From an uncultured Acidobacteriota bacterium (GTDB lineage: Bacteria; Acidobacteriota; Thermoanaerobaculia; Multivoradales; DATKCC01): 64,000 nt of DNA. Location: assembly GCA_963739795.1 (NCBI GenBank), contig CAVUBL010000004.1, positions 79,328 to 143,327 on the forward strand, read 5' to 3'. Both the position numbers and the translations under genes were made by a program. Below are positions 47,388 to 61,347 of the stretch, one piece after another; position 1 is the stretch's first letter; the number at the start of each line of letters is the position of its first letter. Below the pieces are notes generated by a model. The model saw only the letters and a program-made list of their open reading frames with translations, was not told the DNA's origin and did no database searches.

Positions 47388-47591
47388 ATGCCTTCCATCC
47401 TGTTGAACGGGGAGAGTCGCGAGGTGGGGGCGGGGACGACGGTCCTCGACCTCCTCACCGAGATGGGACGCCACCCTCGGACCGTCGCCGTGGAGCACAA
47501 CGGCGACATCCTGCCCCGGGACCGCTACCCGGCGACGGTGCTCCGGGACGGCGACCGCCTGGAGGTCGTGGGGTTCGTCCAGGGTGGCTGA
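47388..47591 (+). CDS. thiS: Sulfur carrier protein ThiS
   Basis: LNGE, VAVEHNG, GDRLEVV, C-terminal GG. Confidence 0.9.
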   Translation: MPSILLNGESREVGAGTTVLDLLTEMGRHPRTVAVEHNGDILPRDRYPATVLRDGDRLEVVGFVQGG

Positions 47592-47702
47592 GAGGGGACT
47601 CTGCGCGGCCGGGCTCCGCCGCGGACAGGGCGCGCGCGCCACCAGGCCCCTCGGGGAATTCGGGCTCGGTCGGCGCCGTTTACCCCGGTGCCGACTCGAG
47701 CC

Positions 47703-47731
47703 TTGTCACCGCCGGGCCGGTCGGGTATATT
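47703..47731 (+). promoter_or_regulatory. Promoter of the tRNA cluster
   Basis: TTGTCA-N17-TATATT, 13 nt upstream of tRNA-Lys. Confidence 0.65.
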
Positions 47732-47744
47732 TCTCTTTCGCCGT

Positions 47745-47820
47745 GGGCCGCTAGCTCAACTGGCAGAGCAGCAGACTCTTAATCTGCGGGTTCGGGGTTC
47801 GATTCCCTGGCGGCTCACCA
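47745..47820 (+). tRNA. tRNA-Lys (CTT)
   Basis: 76 nt; anticodon arm GCAGA-CTCTTAA-TCTGC; GTTCGATTC T-loop; encoded CCA. Confidence 0.96.
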
Positions 47821-47944
47821 CTCATTCTCCTCTTCCGCCTCGCCTCGAGAGACACACCGCCCGGCGGCGCCGGGAACCATCCGATAGACTTCCGGGCAGA
47901 GTTCCGAGCCAGAGCGGTCCGCCGCGGCCGCCGCCGGAGACGAT

Positions 47945-48030
47945 GCGAAAGTGGCGGAACTGGTATACGCGCTAGACTTAGGATCTAGTCCCGAGTGATC
48001 GGGTTGGGGGTTCGAGTCCCCCCTTTCGCA
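47945..48030 (+). tRNA. tRNA-Leu (TAG)
   Basis: Anticodon arm CTAGA-CTTAGGA-TCTAG; long variable arm; GTTCGAGTC; CCA not encoded. Confidence 0.95.
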
Positions 48031-48065
48031 CAACGCCTTTCACCTTCCCCGAGTCGATTCCCACG

Positions 48066-49412
48066 ATGAGCGTCGTTCAATCGATCCAAGACGTGGGCCC
48101 CTGCCGCAAGGAGCTGCGGATCGAGGTGCCCGCCCCCGCCGTCGAGGCGGAGACCCTACGTGTGACCCAGGAGTACGGCCGCCGCGTCAAGATCCCCGGC
48201 TTCCGCCCGGGCAAGGTGCCGGCCAAGGTGGTGCGCCAGCGCTTCCACCAGGAGATCGATCAGGAGGTGATCGACCGGCTGGTGCCCCGGTACTGGAAGA
48301 ACGCCGAGTCCGAAAGCGGCATCGAGCCCCTCACCTCGCCCGAGCTGGCCGGGGTCGAGGACCGGGAGGCCGGCGAGCCCCTGGTGTTCACCGCCCGGGT
48401 CGAGGTGCGGCCCGAGATCTCCCTGGGCGACATCACCGAGTTCGACCTGCCCGACCCGCCGGCCGAGCCCACCGACGAGGACGTCGACGCGGCCCTCGAG
48501 GAGCTTCGCCGGCGTGCCGGCGACTGGAAGCCGGTCGAGCGGTCGGCGGGGCAGGGCGACCTGGTGACCGTGGCGATCCGCGAGGTCGGCGAGGAGGGCG
48601 AGGAGGGCGAGCCCGACACCCTCGACCTCGAGGTCGGCTCGCCCCAGGTCTGGGAAGAGCTCTCCGTCGCCGTTTCGGGCCTCACCGAGGGGCAGAAGGG
48701 CGAGTTCTCCCGCATGGACGAGCAGGAGGGGCAGGTGCGCGACCGCAAGTTCCGCTTCGAGGTGCGGGCGGTCAAGGAGCGCGACCTGCCCGACCTCGAC
48801 GACGAGCTCGCCAAGGACCTGGGAGACTTCGAGACCCTGGCGGAGATGCGCGACGCGGTGCAGCACCGGCTGAGCCACGAGAAGCGGGCCGAGCGCAGCG
48901 AGCTGCGCGAGCGGGCCCTCCTCGACCAGCTACGGGAGCGCCACCCCATCGCCCTGCCCCAGGGCCTGGTCGACGAGGAGATCGAGAAGCTGGTCCGCGA
49001 GTACGCCGAGAGCGTGGCGCGCCAGGGTGTCGACCTGGAGCACGCCGAGATCGACTGGCGAGCGATGGCGGATCAGGCTCGGCCGAGCGCCGAGAAGCGG
49101 GTGCACGCCCGGCTCCTCCTGGACGCCGTCGCTCGGCAGGAGGACCTGACGGTGGAGGAGGCCGAGCTCGAGCGCACCCTTTCGGAGCTCGCGCGGGTCC
49201 AGCGCACGACGAGCGTGGCGGTGCGCCGCGCCCTCGACCAGGACGGGCGGCTGGGGCGGCTCCGGGCCCAGCTCCTGCGCTCGAAGACCCTGCGCCACCT
49301 TCTGGGCGAGGAGCCCGCGGCGCCGGAGGAAGCCGCCGCGGAAGCCGCCGAGGCGTCCGGGAAGGCAAACCCACCGGCACCGGAAGACGTAGAATCCGAA
49401 ACAGGTGAATGA
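48066..49412 (+). CDS. tig: Trigger factor
   Basis: [10 protein letters not shown]; canonical position upstream of clpPX. Confidence 0.93.
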   Translation: MSVVQSIQDVGPCRKELRIEVPAPAVEAETLRVTQEYGRRVKIPGFRPGKVPAKVVRQRFHQEIDQEVIDRLVPRYWKNAESESGIEPLTSPELAGVEDREAGEPLVFTARVEVRPEISLGDITEFDLPDPPAEPTDEDVDAALEELRRRAGDWKPVERSAGQGDLVTVAIREVGEEGEEGEPDTLDLEVGSPQVWEELSVAVSGLTEGQKGEFSRMDEQEGQVRDRKFRFEVRAVKERDLPDLDDELAKDLGDFETLAEMRDAVQHRLSHEKRAERSELRERALLDQLRERHPIALPQGLVDEEIEKLVREYAESVARQGVDLEHAEIDWRAMADQARPSAEKRVHARLLLDAVARQEDLTVEEAELERTLSELARVQRTTSVAVRRALDQDGRLGRLRAQLLRSKTLRHLLGEEPAAPEEAAAEAAEASGKANPPAPEDVESETGE

Positions 49413-49450
49413 TCGCCGCTCTCGCGAGCGGTAGGGAGGTTCCAAGGGAC

Positions 49451-50038
49451 ATGCTGATCCCGATGGTGGTGGAGCAGTCGAGCCGGGGCGAGCGCGCATA
49501 CGACATCTACTCGCGCCTGCTCAAGGACAACATCATCTTCCTCGGCCGGCCGATCGACGACGACCTGTCGAGCCTGATCATCGCCCAGATGCTCTTCCTC
49601 GAGGCCGAGAACCCTGAGAAGGACATCGCCCTCTACGTCAACTCGCCGGGCGGATCGGTGACCGCGGGCCTCGCGGTCTACGACACCATGCAGTACATCA
49701 AGCCGGACGTGGCCACCTACTGCGTCGGCCAGGCGGCGTCCATGGCGGCGGTGCTGTTCTCGGCCGGCTCCAAGGGCAAGCGGGTCATCCTGCCCAACAG
49801 CCGGATCCTCATCCACCAGCCCTGGGCCTCGGGCCTGGGGGGGCAGCAGACAGACATCGAGATCCACGCCCGGGACCTCCTGAAGATGCGCGACCGCCTC
49901 GACGAGATCCTCGCTTTCCACACCGGCAAGAGCAAGGAGGAGATCCACGAGGACACCGAGCGCGACCGCATTCTCTCGGCCGACGAGGCGGTCACCTACG
50001 GCGTCGCCGACCGGGTGATGTCCCAGCGTCGCTCCTGA
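49451..50038 (+). CDS. clpP: ATP-dependent Clp protease proteolytic subunit
   Basis: [23 protein letters not shown]. Confidence 0.97.
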   Translation: MLIPMVVEQSSRGERAYDIYSRLLKDNIIFLGRPIDDDLSSLIIAQMLFLEAENPEKDIALYVNSPGGSVTAGLAVYDTMQYIKPDVATYCVGQAASMAAVLFSAGSKGKRVILPNSRILIHQPWASGLGGQQTDIEIHARDLLKMRDRLDEILAFHTGKSKEEIHEDTERDRILSADEAVTYGVADRVMSQRRS

Positions 50039-50114
50039 CCGGCACCGGGGTCGTAGCGGCGCGTCCCAGAGGAATAGGCGGATCGCGCCGGCCTGTTAGG
50101 TGAGGATGGTAAGG

Positions 50115-50144
50115 TTGACAGCGAATCGGCTTGCTCCCTAGCAT
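50115..50144 (+). promoter_or_regulatory. Internal promoter for clpX
   Basis: TTGACA-N18-TAGCAT. Confidence 0.55.
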
Positions 50145-50183
50145 CCCGGGCGAACCGGTACAGATTCGCGAACCGGAGGTCAG

Positions 50184-51422
<1,239 letters not shown>

Positions 51423-51592
51423 GGCCGGCCGCGGTTCGAGGCCCCGACCCGGGCGCTCCGGCGGCCGGACTGCTGCGCCGGACGGTTCTCGGGCCCGGCG
51501 AGGCCGGACCTCAGAATCGATCCCGGACGCGATTCCAACCCCGAATCCCGACCTGAATCCTGACCCGAACCCAGATTGGACACGCCCTCAAG

Positions 51593-54013
51593 ATGAGCTC
51601 CAGCTTCGTTGCCAAGACGCGTGAGACCCTGCCCCTCGTCCCGCTGCGGGACATGGTGGTCTTCCCTCACATGATGGCCCCGTTCATCGTCGGCCGAGAG
51701 AGCTCGGTCCGGGCGCTGGAGCAGACGCTGGCGACCCCGGACAAGCGGATCTTCCTGGTGGCCCAGAAGGATCCGAAGATCGACGAGCCACTGCGCGCGG
51801 ACGTCTACGACATGGGGGTGGTGGCGACGGTCATCCAGAACCTGAAGCTCCCCAACGGGAACGTCAAGGTGATGGTCGAGGGGGTCCAGCGGGGCCTGGT
51901 GGTCGACGTCGACGAGGTCGACGGGGCCATGAGCGCCGAGGTCGACGTGCTCGGGGTCGACTTCCCCATGAGCGAGGAGCTCCAGGTGTACATGTCGAAG
52001 GTCCTCTCGATCTTCGAGCAGTACGCCAAGATGTCCCACCACCTGGCCTTCGAGGGCCTGATGTCCACCCTGAAAGTGGACGACCCGGATCGTTTCGCGG
52101 ACATCCTGGCCGCCCACCTCATGGTGTCCACGGCGGACAAGCAGGGTCTGCTCGAGCTGACCAACCCCTACGAGCGTCTCCAGCGGCTTCAGGACCTGAT
52201 CGACGTCGAGGTCGAGAAGATCAACATCGACAAGCGGATCAACGTCAAGGTCAAGAAGCAGATGGAGAAGGCCCAGAAGGAGTACTACCTCAACGAGAAG
52301 ATCAAGGCCATCCACCAGGAGCTGGGCCGCAAGGACGATCGCTCCGACGAGGTGGCCGAGCTCAAGGAGCGCATCGAGGAGGCGGGCCTCCCCGAAGAGG
52401 TCAAGGAGAAGGCCGAGCAGGAGCTCAAGCGCCTGGAAGCCATGCCGCCGGTCTCGGCCGAGGCCACGGTGTCGCGCAACTACATCGACTGGCTGGTTTC
52501 GGTGCCCTGGCAGAAGGCGAGCGAGGAGCAGACCGACCTCGGCCAGGCCGAGGAGATCCTGAACGCCGATCACTACGGTCTCGAGAAGATCAAGGAGCGG
52601 ATCCTCGAGTTCCTCGCCGTGCGCCAGCTCGTGGGCCAGACCCGCAGCTCGATCATCTGCTTCGTCGGCCCCCCCGGCGTGGGCAAGTCCTCCCTCGCCA
52701 AGTCCATCGCCCGGGCCACGGGGCGCGAGTTCGTCCGCCTGTCGCTGGGCGGCGTGCGCGACGAGGCCGAGATCCGGGGCCACCGGCGCACCTACATCGG
52801 CGCCTTCCCCGGCCAGATCATCCAGATGATGAAGAAGGCCGGCACCGTCAACCCGGTCTTCCTCCTCGACGAGGTCGACAAGATGTCCATGGACTTCCGG
52901 GGCGACCCCTCGTCGGCCCTGCTCGAGGTCCTCGATCCGGAGCAGAACGACTCCTTCGTCGACCACTACCTCGACGTCGAGTACGACCTCTCGAAGGTCA
53001 TGTTCATCGCCACCGCCAACGTGGCCCACACCATTCCGCCGCCGCTCCGGGACCGGATGGAGACCATCGAGCTCTCCGGCTACACGCCCAACGAGAAGCT
53101 GGCCATCGCCCGGCAGTTCCTGGTCCTCAAGCAGCTTGAGAAGCACGGCCTGACCGCCGACAAGGTCACTTTCGAGGACGAGGGCCTCCGGGTGCTCATC
53201 GACCACTACACCCGGGAGGCCGGGGTGCGGAACCTGGAGCGCGAGATCGCCTCCATCGCCCGCAAGGTGGTCCGCCGAGTGGTGACCGAGCACGACGAAG
53301 ACCTGGACCTGTCGGTCGGTCCCGACACGGTCGTGGAGCTCCTCGGCAAGCACAAGTTCCGCAAGCGCCTCAAGAACGAGACCTCGGAGGTCGGGCTCGC
53401 CACCGGCATGGCCTGGACCGAAGCCGGCGGCGAGCTGCTGGAGACCGAGGTCGGCCTGATGAAGGGCAAGGGCAAGCTGACCCTCACCGGCAAGCTCGGC
53501 GAGGTGATGCAGGAGTCGGCTCGCGCGGCGGTCTCGTACCTCCGGAGCCGCGCCGAGCTCCTGGGCGTGGATCCGGAGTTCAACGACGAGATCGACCTGC
53601 ACATCCACGTGCCCGAGGGGGCCATCCCGAAGGACGGTCCCTCGGCGGGGATCACCATGGCCACGGCGCTGGTCTCGGCGCTCACCGGCGTGCCGGTGCG
53701 CAAGGACGTGTCCATGACCGGCGAGATCACTTTGCGCGGCAAGGTGTTGCCGGTAGGCGGAATCAAGGATAAGGTGCTGGCGGCCTTCCGGGCCGGTATC
53801 ACCGAGGTCATCCTCCCCCGGGAAAACGAGAAGGATCTGGAGGACATCCCCGAAGAAGTGCGCGACGCGCTGGAGATCCATCTGATCGAATCGATGGACG
53901 ACGTTCTGCGCCTCGCCCTCGACGGGGAGAGCACTCCTCTACCCAAGGGGGGAGCGAAGTTCAAGGAGGCTCCACCGGAGCCTCCGGTCGGGCCGGATTC
54001 CCTGGCCCATTGA
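51593..54013 (+). CDS. lon: Lon protease
   Basis: [22 protein letters not shown]. Confidence 0.98.
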   Translation: MSSSFVAKTRETLPLVPLRDMVVFPHMMAPFIVGRESSVRALEQTLATPDKRIFLVAQKDPKIDEPLRADVYDMGVVATVIQNLKLPNGNVKVMVEGVQRGLVVDVDEVDGAMSAEVDVLGVDFPMSEELQVYMSKVLSIFEQYAKMSHHLAFEGLMSTLKVDDPDRFADILAAHLMVSTADKQGLLELTNPYERLQRLQDLIDVEVEKINIDKRINVKVKKQMEKAQKEYYLNEKIKAIHQELGRKDDRSDEVAELKERIEEAGLPEEVKEKAEQELKRLEAMPPVSAEATVSRNYIDWLVSVPWQKASEEQTDLGQAEEILNADHYGLEKIKERILEFLAVRQLVGQTRSSIICFVGPPGVGKSSLAKSIARATGREFVRLSLGGVRDEAEIRGHRRTYIGAFPGQIIQMMKKAGTVNPVFLLDEVDKMSMDFRGDPSSALLEVLDPEQNDSFVDHYLDVEYDLSKVMFIATANVAHTIPPPLRDRMETIELSGYTPNEKLAIARQFLVLKQLEKHGLTADKVTFEDEGLRVLIDHYTREAGVRNLEREIASIARKVVRRVVTEHDEDLDLSVGPDTVVELLGKHKFRKRLKNETSEVGLATGMAWTEAGGELLETEVGLMKGKGKLTLTGKLGEVMQESARAAVSYLRSRAELLGVDPEFNDEIDLHIHVPEGAIPKDGPSAGITMATALVSALTGVPVRKDVSMTGEITLRGKVLPVGGIKDKVLAAFRAGITEVILPRENEKDLEDIPEEVRDALEIHLIESMDDVLRLALDGESTPLPKGGAKFKEAPPEPPVGPDSLAH

Positions 54014-54323
54014 GCGCGCGTGAACGAGTCTCCGACCTGGCCGGAGATCCCTTCACGCGCCCTGAACCCCGGCCGCTCCGGCGGTCCCGGCCTTCGCGGG
54101 GCGGGATCGCGGAACGGCCACGCGGCCGCCGGCACTCTCGGGCGGTCGCCGGGAGCCCCGCAGCCGCAGCTCGCGCGCGGGGCCGATTCCGAGCCGATCT
54201 GAACAGATCGGGGGCCTCTAGCTAGACAGTCAAGCTGGTAGGTCGCTCGCTCGGGGAGCGCTCCGGCCGCTTTCGGCCGGGCACTCCGGAGGGAGCGCCG
54301 AATCGCCGGAGGGCCCTGGAGCG

Positions 54324-54939
54324 GTGAAGATCGAAACAGCCGAGCACGTTCGGGCGGCCCACATCGAGGCCCAGCTCATCCGGGACGACCGGCCGCAGGT
54401 GGCCTTCGTCGGACGCTCGAACGTCGGCAAGTCCAGCCTGATGAACCGGCTGTTGGGGCGCAAGGGCCTGGCGCGAACCAGCTCGACGCCCGGAAGGACC
54501 CGGGCGGTCCACTACTTTTTGGTGAACCGCCGGGCGTACTTCGTCGACCTGCCGGGCTATGGCTACGCCAAGGTTTCGGCGGGGGCGCGCAAAGAATGGG
54601 CGGCGCTGGTGGAGCGGTATTTCTTCCTCCGGGCGCCGTCGCCGCCCCTGGTCGTGTTGATCGTCGACGCCAAGGTCGGCGCTACGCCCCTCGACGAGGA
54701 AGCGTGGAGCTACCTGGCCGCTCTCGGCATTCCGATTGTGGTGGCGGCGACCAAGGTGGATCGTCTGTCCCGGAACAAGGCGGCCGCCGCTCTCGCGGCG
54801 GTTCGCCGGACCCTCGGGACGGACGACGGCGTACCGATCGTCCCCGTTTCGGCGCGAACCGGCGAGGGGATCAAGGAGCTGTGGAAGGAGATCGCTGGAC
54901 ATCTCCGGGCCGGTCCCGGAACAGCAGATGAGGAACACA

Positions 54940-54947
<8 letters not shown>
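54324..54947 (+). CDS. engB: Ribosome biogenesis GTPase YihA/YsxC
   Basis: [26 protein letters not shown]. Confidence 0.95.
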
Positions 54948-56337
<1,390 letters not shown>

Positions 56338-56358
56338 CCTCGAGGCCCGGGGGGAAAA

Positions 56359-57168
56359 CTGCCCAAGCTCCGCGTCGGCATCGCTGACATTCTCGACACC
56401 CGGCCGCTCGCCTGGGGCTTCCTCAAGGGTCACCACGCCGACCTGTTCTCCCCCGTCTGCCACCCCTTGAACCTGGTCGGGCGACTCCTCGTCCAGGGGG
56501 GGCTGGATGTCGCCCTGGTTCCGGCCATCGAGGTCGCGACCTCGCCGGAGCTGCGCGTCCTGCCCGACCTGTGCGTGGCCTTTCCGGGGGAGTCGCGGGG
56601 AGTCCTGCTGGTGTCGTCGGGGCCGGTCGAGGAGCTGCGCCGCGTGGTCCTGGAACGGGACTCCCGCACCGCGGCGGCGGTGGCGCGCATCGTCCTGGAG
56701 GACGCCTACGGTCTCGAGCCCGAGTACGTCGAGGCCGAGGCCGCCACCCGCGTCTCCGGTCCCGAGCGGATCGAGCCCGGCGAGGGCTGGCTCGTCATCG
56801 GTACCGCCGCCCTGGCCGGGCGCCGGGAGGGCCACCGGGTGCTCGACCTGGGCCTCGCCTGGCGCGAGCTCACCGGCCTGCCGCTGGTGGTAGGGGTCTG
56901 GGCGGTGCGGCCGGGGATCGACCTGCCGGACCTGCCCTTCTACTTCAAGAGCAGCCTGCGCTTCGGGCTCTCGGCCCTCGACGCCATCGCCCGCGAGGCC
57001 GCCGCCGAGTTGGGCGTCGGCTCGACGGTCCTCGAGGGCTACCTGCGGGAGAACCTCTCGTACTTCCTGCGCGAGCCCGAGGTCGAGGGCCTCGGGGAGC
57101 TCTTTCGGCGCGCCGCCCGCCTGGGCCTGGCCCCCGCCGGGGCGGCGGTCGAGAGCTGGCCCGGATAA
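56359..57168 (+). CDS. MqnA/MqnD-fold (chorismate dehydratase-like) protein; probable CTG start
   Basis: KLRVGI...RPLAWG, LDVALVP, DLGLAWRELTGLPLVVGVW. Family similarity extends upstream of the ORF-track start at 56467. Confidence 0.75.
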   Translation: MPKLRVGIADILDTRPLAWGFLKGHHADLFSPVCHPLNLVGRLLVQGGLDVALVPAIEVATSPELRVLPDLCVAFPGESRGVLLVSSGPVEELRRVVLERDSRTAAAVARIVLEDAYGLEPEYVEAEAATRVSGPERIEPGEGWLVIGTAALAGRREGHRVLDLGLAWRELTGLPLVVGVWAVRPGIDLPDLPFYFKSSLRFGLSALDAIAREAAAELGVGSTVLEGYLRENLSYFLREPEVEGLGELFRRAARLGLAPAGAAVESWPG

Positions 57169-57178
57169 GCTCCGGCCC

Positions 57179-58573
57179 ATGCCGAGCCGCGAGCCTTCTC
57201 TCTCGGGCTGGGGCCGCCTGGCGGCTCCGGGCCGCGAGGTGTGCTCCGAGGACTTGCCGGACCTCGTCCGCGGCGCCGTCCTGACCCGGGGCCTGGGCCG
57301 TTCCTACGGCGACTCGGCCCTGCCGCCTCCGGGCACCCTGGAGGTCGCCGGCTCGCGCCTCGCCGACCGGATCCTCTCCTTCGAGCCCCTCCCGGGAGGA
57401 GAGACCGCCCGGCTGCGCGCCGAGGCGGGTCTGTCCCTCGACGATCTGGTCCGCGTGTTCCTGCCCCGGGGCTGGTTCGTGCCGGTCACCCCGGGCACGC
57501 GCTTCGTCACCCTCGGCGGGATGGTGGCGGCCGACGTCCACGGCAAGAACCATCACCGTGCCGGGACCTTCGGCCGCCACGTCACGCGTCTGACTCTGCG
57601 CCTGGCGTCGGGCGATCGCGTGGAGTGCTCGCGGGAAGAAGAACCGGACCTCTTCCGGGCGACCCTGGGGGGCATGGGGCTGACCGGCCACATCCTCGAG
57701 GTGGAGGTCCCCCTGGTTCGCGTGCCGTCGCCCTGGATCTGGGCCGAGAGCTTTCCCGTGCCGGACGTGGAGCGCTTCACCGAGGCCCTCAAGGCGTCCG
57801 GCGCCGAGTGGCCTTTCACCGTCGGGTGGATCGACTGTCTCTCCCGGGATCGCGGCGGGCGCTCGGGTGGACCGGGTGGGCTGGGAAGGGGGATCGTCAC
57901 CCGCGGACGCTGGGCGACGCCTGAGGAAGCGCCGCCGGAGCCGCCCCGGATGCGCCGGCGGCTCACGGTCCCGTTCGTCACTCCCGGCTGGCTTCTCAAC
58001 CGCCTCTCGGTGGGCGCCTTCAACGCCCTGTACTACGGCCGCACCCGCTTCTGGGGGCGGGAGCGGACTCGCCGGGGGATCGCCCATCCAGAGCCCTTCT
58101 TCTACCCCCTCGATGCCATCGGCCACTGGAACCGCCTCTACGGACCGCGGGGCTTCACCCAGTACCAGTGCGTCCTGCCCGAGGAGGCCGAGGGCGGTCC
58201 CGCCGCCGCCGCCCGGCGCTTCCTGGACCTGCTCACCCGGGCCGGGCGTCGGGCGGGCGGCGCGTCGTTCCTGTGCGTGATCAAGGACTGCGGCGCCGAG
58301 GGCGAGGGCGTGCTCTCGTTCCCCCGGCCGGGCATCTCCATCGCCGTCGACCTGGCGGTGCGCGACGGCACCGAGGAGCTGGTCGCCACACTCAATCGGC
58401 AGGTGGTGAAGGAGGGCGGGCGCGTCTACCTGGCCAAGGACGCCTTCACGCGCCCCGAGCACTTCCGGGCCATGGAGGGCGGGCGCCTGGCGGAGTTCGA
58501 ACGCCTCCGGGCGCGCTACGATCCCGAAAACCGCCTGGCGAGCGCCCAGTCCGTCCGCCTGATGGGAAGATAG
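57179..58573 (+). CDS. FAD-linked oxidoreductase, DprE1-like
   Basis: RGLGRSYGD, PVTPGT, DVHGKNHH, GGMGLTG, YLAKD. Confidence 0.9.
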   Translation: MPSREPSLSGWGRLAAPGREVCSEDLPDLVRGAVLTRGLGRSYGDSALPPPGTLEVAGSRLADRILSFEPLPGGETARLRAEAGLSLDDLVRVFLPRGWFVPVTPGTRFVTLGGMVAADVHGKNHHRAGTFGRHVTRLTLRLASGDRVECSREEEPDLFRATLGGMGLTGHILEVEVPLVRVPSPWIWAESFPVPDVERFTEALKASGAEWPFTVGWIDCLSRDRGGRSGGPGGLGRGIVTRGRWATPEEAPPEPPRMRRRLTVPFVTPGWLLNRLSVGAFNALYYGRTRFWGRERTRRGIAHPEPFFYPLDAIGHWNRLYGPRGFTQYQCVLPEEAEGGPAAAARRFLDLLTRAGRRAGGASFLCVIKDCGAEGEGVLSFPRPGISIAVDLAVRDGTEELVATLNRQVVKEGGRVYLAKDAFTRPEHFRAMEGGRLAEFERLRARYDPENRLASAQSVRLMGR

Positions 58574-58601
58574 GACCCGAAGCTCAGACGAGGCACCTCT
58601 C

Positions 58602-58662
58602 GGGAGGGGGCGTTCCCTTCCCCCTTGGGAGTGGGAAGGGGATCGAGGGGTTGTGGGTGGGA
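58602..58662 (-). repeat. REP-like palindromic element, family P
   Basis: GGGGGCGTTCCCTTCCCC...GGGAAGGGGATCGAGGGGTTG. Confidence 0.7.
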
Positions 58663-58683
58663 TACGAAGGGGGGAGGTGAGGC

Positions 58684-59439
58684 ATGAGAGTCGCGATCCT
58701 GGGAGGCACCAAAGGCATGGGCCGGGCCCTGGCTCGGCGGATGGCGGCGCGGGGCGACGCCCTCTTCCTCCTCGGCCGCGACCCGGCGGATCTCGAACGG
58801 AGCGCCCGGGACCTGGAGGCGCGGTCCGGGGCCGCCGCCGGGAGCGTGGGGACGGCCCCCTGCGACCTGGAGCGCCCGGAGACCTTCGCCCCGGCCCTGG
58901 CCGCGGCCGAAGCGGCCCTGGGTGGCCTGGACGCCGTCGTCCTCTCCGCCGCCGACTTCGCCACCCAGGAGGCTCTCGAAGCCGACCGGGAGCGGCTCCG
59001 GCGCCTGCTGACGGTCGATTTCGCCTCCGCGGTGCTGTTCTGCGAGGAGGCCCGGGAGCGCCTGCTCCGGAGCGTCGCGGAAGGGGGCCGGGGCCTCCTG
59101 TGCGCCTTCGGCTCGGTGGCCGGGGATCGAGGGCGCAAGCCGGTGGTGCTCTACGGCGCTGCCAAGGCGGGCCTCTCTCACTACCTCGAGGGGCTGGATC
59201 ACCGCTTCCACGGCCAGGGACTGCGGGTGGTCACGGTCAAGCCGGGCTTCGTCAAGACTTCCATGACCGAGGGGCTCCGGCCGCCGCCCTTCGCCGGCGA
59301 GCCGGAGCGCGTGGCCCGCGACGTGCTCCGCGCCCTCGACCGGGGCCGGCCGGTGGTCTACACGCCGCCGCCCTGGCGCTGGGTGATGCTGGTGATCCGC
59401 AACCTGCCGCGCGCCGTCATGCGCCGCGTCGGGTTCTGA
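58684..59439 (+). CDS. SDR oxidoreductase, DprE2-like
   Basis: GGTKGMG, SVAGDRGR, YGAAK, KPGFVKT. Confidence 0.88.
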   Translation: MRVAILGGTKGMGRALARRMAARGDALFLLGRDPADLERSARDLEARSGAAAGSVGTAPCDLERPETFAPALAAAEAALGGLDAVVLSAADFATQEALEADRERLRRLLTVDFASAVLFCEEARERLLRSVAEGGRGLLCAFGSVAGDRGRKPVVLYGAAKAGLSHYLEGLDHRFHGQGLRVVTVKPGFVKTSMTEGLRPPPFAGEPERVARDVLRALDRGRPVVYTPPPWRWVMLVIRNLPRAVMRRVGF

Positions 59440-59463
59440 GGTTCCCCTGAGCGCTCCCTGGAG

Positions 59464-59766
59464 CTAGGAGTCTGCGCGGCAGAAACGCGCAGTCGCGTTG
59501 CGAGCGCCGTGGGGCCGGATACGAGGCACCGCGACGCAGGCGATGCCGAGCGATCGTCGAGGAGCGGGAACGAAGTAGACGGCTCCACACCGCCGCAACG
59601 GGCACCGACTCCCGGAGGGAGTTGGTCGGGGCGCAAGGGGGTTACGGGGTGTCTCTGGCGTTGCTCGTCGTCTACGATGTCCCCGCATCGCCTCCTCCTC
59701 GCGCCTTGGATCCACCCCGTAAGACCCTTGCGCGCGGCTACGTGTTTCTGCCGCGCAGACTCCTAG
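59464..59766. mobile_element. MITE-like element, family B, copy 1 (303 bp)
   Basis: 23-bp TIRs CTAGGAGTCTGCGCGGCAGAAAC / GTTTCTGCCGCGCAGACTCCTAG; near-identical inverted copy at 62017-62295. Confidence 0.85.
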
Positions 59767-61202
59767 TTCACCACCTGCGTGCATCTCGGAACCACCTGCC
59801 AGTGCACGACGCCGGGTCGGCGGGTGCAGGTCGATCCCGTCGCCCCCACGGCCACGCCGCACCCGCCCGCCGGACAGAGCCAGGTCGCCTGGCCGTGGCC
59901 TCAGGGGGCAGTGGGTGCCGGGGACGGGGCAGTCGACGTAGAGCGTGTCGTCGATGTCGAACGGGCAGGAGCCGATCAGGCCGGCGACCCGATACTCGCA
60001 GGTGGGAGCGTCGGAGGCGGCCGAGGCCTGGAGATACAGCTTCTTCGGCTCCGCGCACGGAGTGTCCACCGCGACGGCCTCGCTGCCCACGGAATAGCGT
60101 CCTTCGGCCGAGAGAACGGCGACGACCGCCGCCTGGGCCTTGGTCCCGTCGCCGTGGGCGAGGTCGTTGGAGGGGTCGACGTAGGCGAAGTCTCCCCACA
60201 GCGCGTTGTCCATGGTGAGCTCGGAGGGGTCGAAGAGGGCCGCCGCGTTCTCGTAGGCGGCGACCGTCGGTGGGAAGGCGCACCGGCGCACGGTGTCCAC
60301 GGTGATGTAGCCCCGGGCCACGTCGTCGCCCCGGTCGATGGCGGAGCACAGGCCCGTGGCCGGGTCCGGTGCCCCCGCGTGATCGCCGGCCAGACCCGGC
60401 ACGCCCGGAAGCTTGCGCGAGGCCAGGTCCTCGGGGCGGCAGGGGTCGAAATCGAGGACCGGCCGCTCGGGATCGGAGAGGACCGCCGAAGTGTCGGGGA
60501 GCTTTCCCTGGAGGAGATCCCGCACGTTCAAGGTCTGGACGTCGGAAGGGGAGAGGTAGACCCAGAAGGCCAGGGTCGGGACGCCCAGGTCGGTCCAGAG
60601 CGTGACCCGCGCCAGCACGAAGCCCGCGCTCTGGTTGACGACGGCGAAGAGCGTGGTGAGGCCGGCCGGGTCCTGGAGATTGACCTCGAAGTAGGGGATC
60701 AGCAGGGTCGCCGCGGGTACCGGCCCGTCCGGGCAGGCGCTGGCTTCGGTGTCGAGGAAATGGAGCGAGAGCCCTCCGATCGCTCCCGCGGCCTCACCGT
60801 CGGCCACGAGCTAAGCCGCCGCGCCCGCGGGAGACGCCAGGATCGCGTCCAGGGGCGGGAAGCTGAAGATCCCCGAGCCCGAGAGCGAGAGCGGCGCGTT
60901 CGTTCGGGCCGCCGGCGGGCATGGCGGAGCCTGGGTCTGGAGCACGAGCTCCTGGGCCAGGAGCCTCCCCGTCACGCCCCCGGAGCCGAGGTCGGAGGTC
61001 CAGGTCGGAGGCTCGGTCTCTTCGTAGCGGAGCTCCAGAGGCCCGAACACGGAGGAGACACTCCGCAGGTCCATACGACCGTGCATCCCGAGGCGACCTG
61101 GCAGCAACCGTCCGAGTCGCGGGCTTGCTGAGCGGCCGCGAGGGCCGTGGAGGCGAGGGTGAAGACGAGAGGGAGGAGGAACAGAAGGCCGTGAGGACGC
61201 AT
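59763..61202 (-). pseudogene. Disrupted secreted Cys-rich protein gene (PAATLLIPYFEV family)
   Basis: GGAGGTG RBS, ATG 61202 and signal peptide. Apparent frameshift near 61100, in-frame TAG at 60813-60811, and a second frameshift near 59905. Confidence 0.6.
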
Positions 61203-61347
61203 GTCACCTCCAGAGTCGCGCCAGGGGAGGTGGCATTCGACAAAAATGGAAACTGAGAGTACCACATGGCGTCGCGGGCCGCCGGTCGGCGGCTGGTCGG
61301 TCGGGTGCGCCGCGGGCCGCCGGACCGTGGCGTAGAATGTCTCTCGA

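Noticed and set aside
47745-48030. tRNA-anchored genomic island
   Set aside because: There is no integrase and no duplicated tRNA 3' end. tRNA-Leu followed by tig-clpP-clpX-lon is a common core arrangement.
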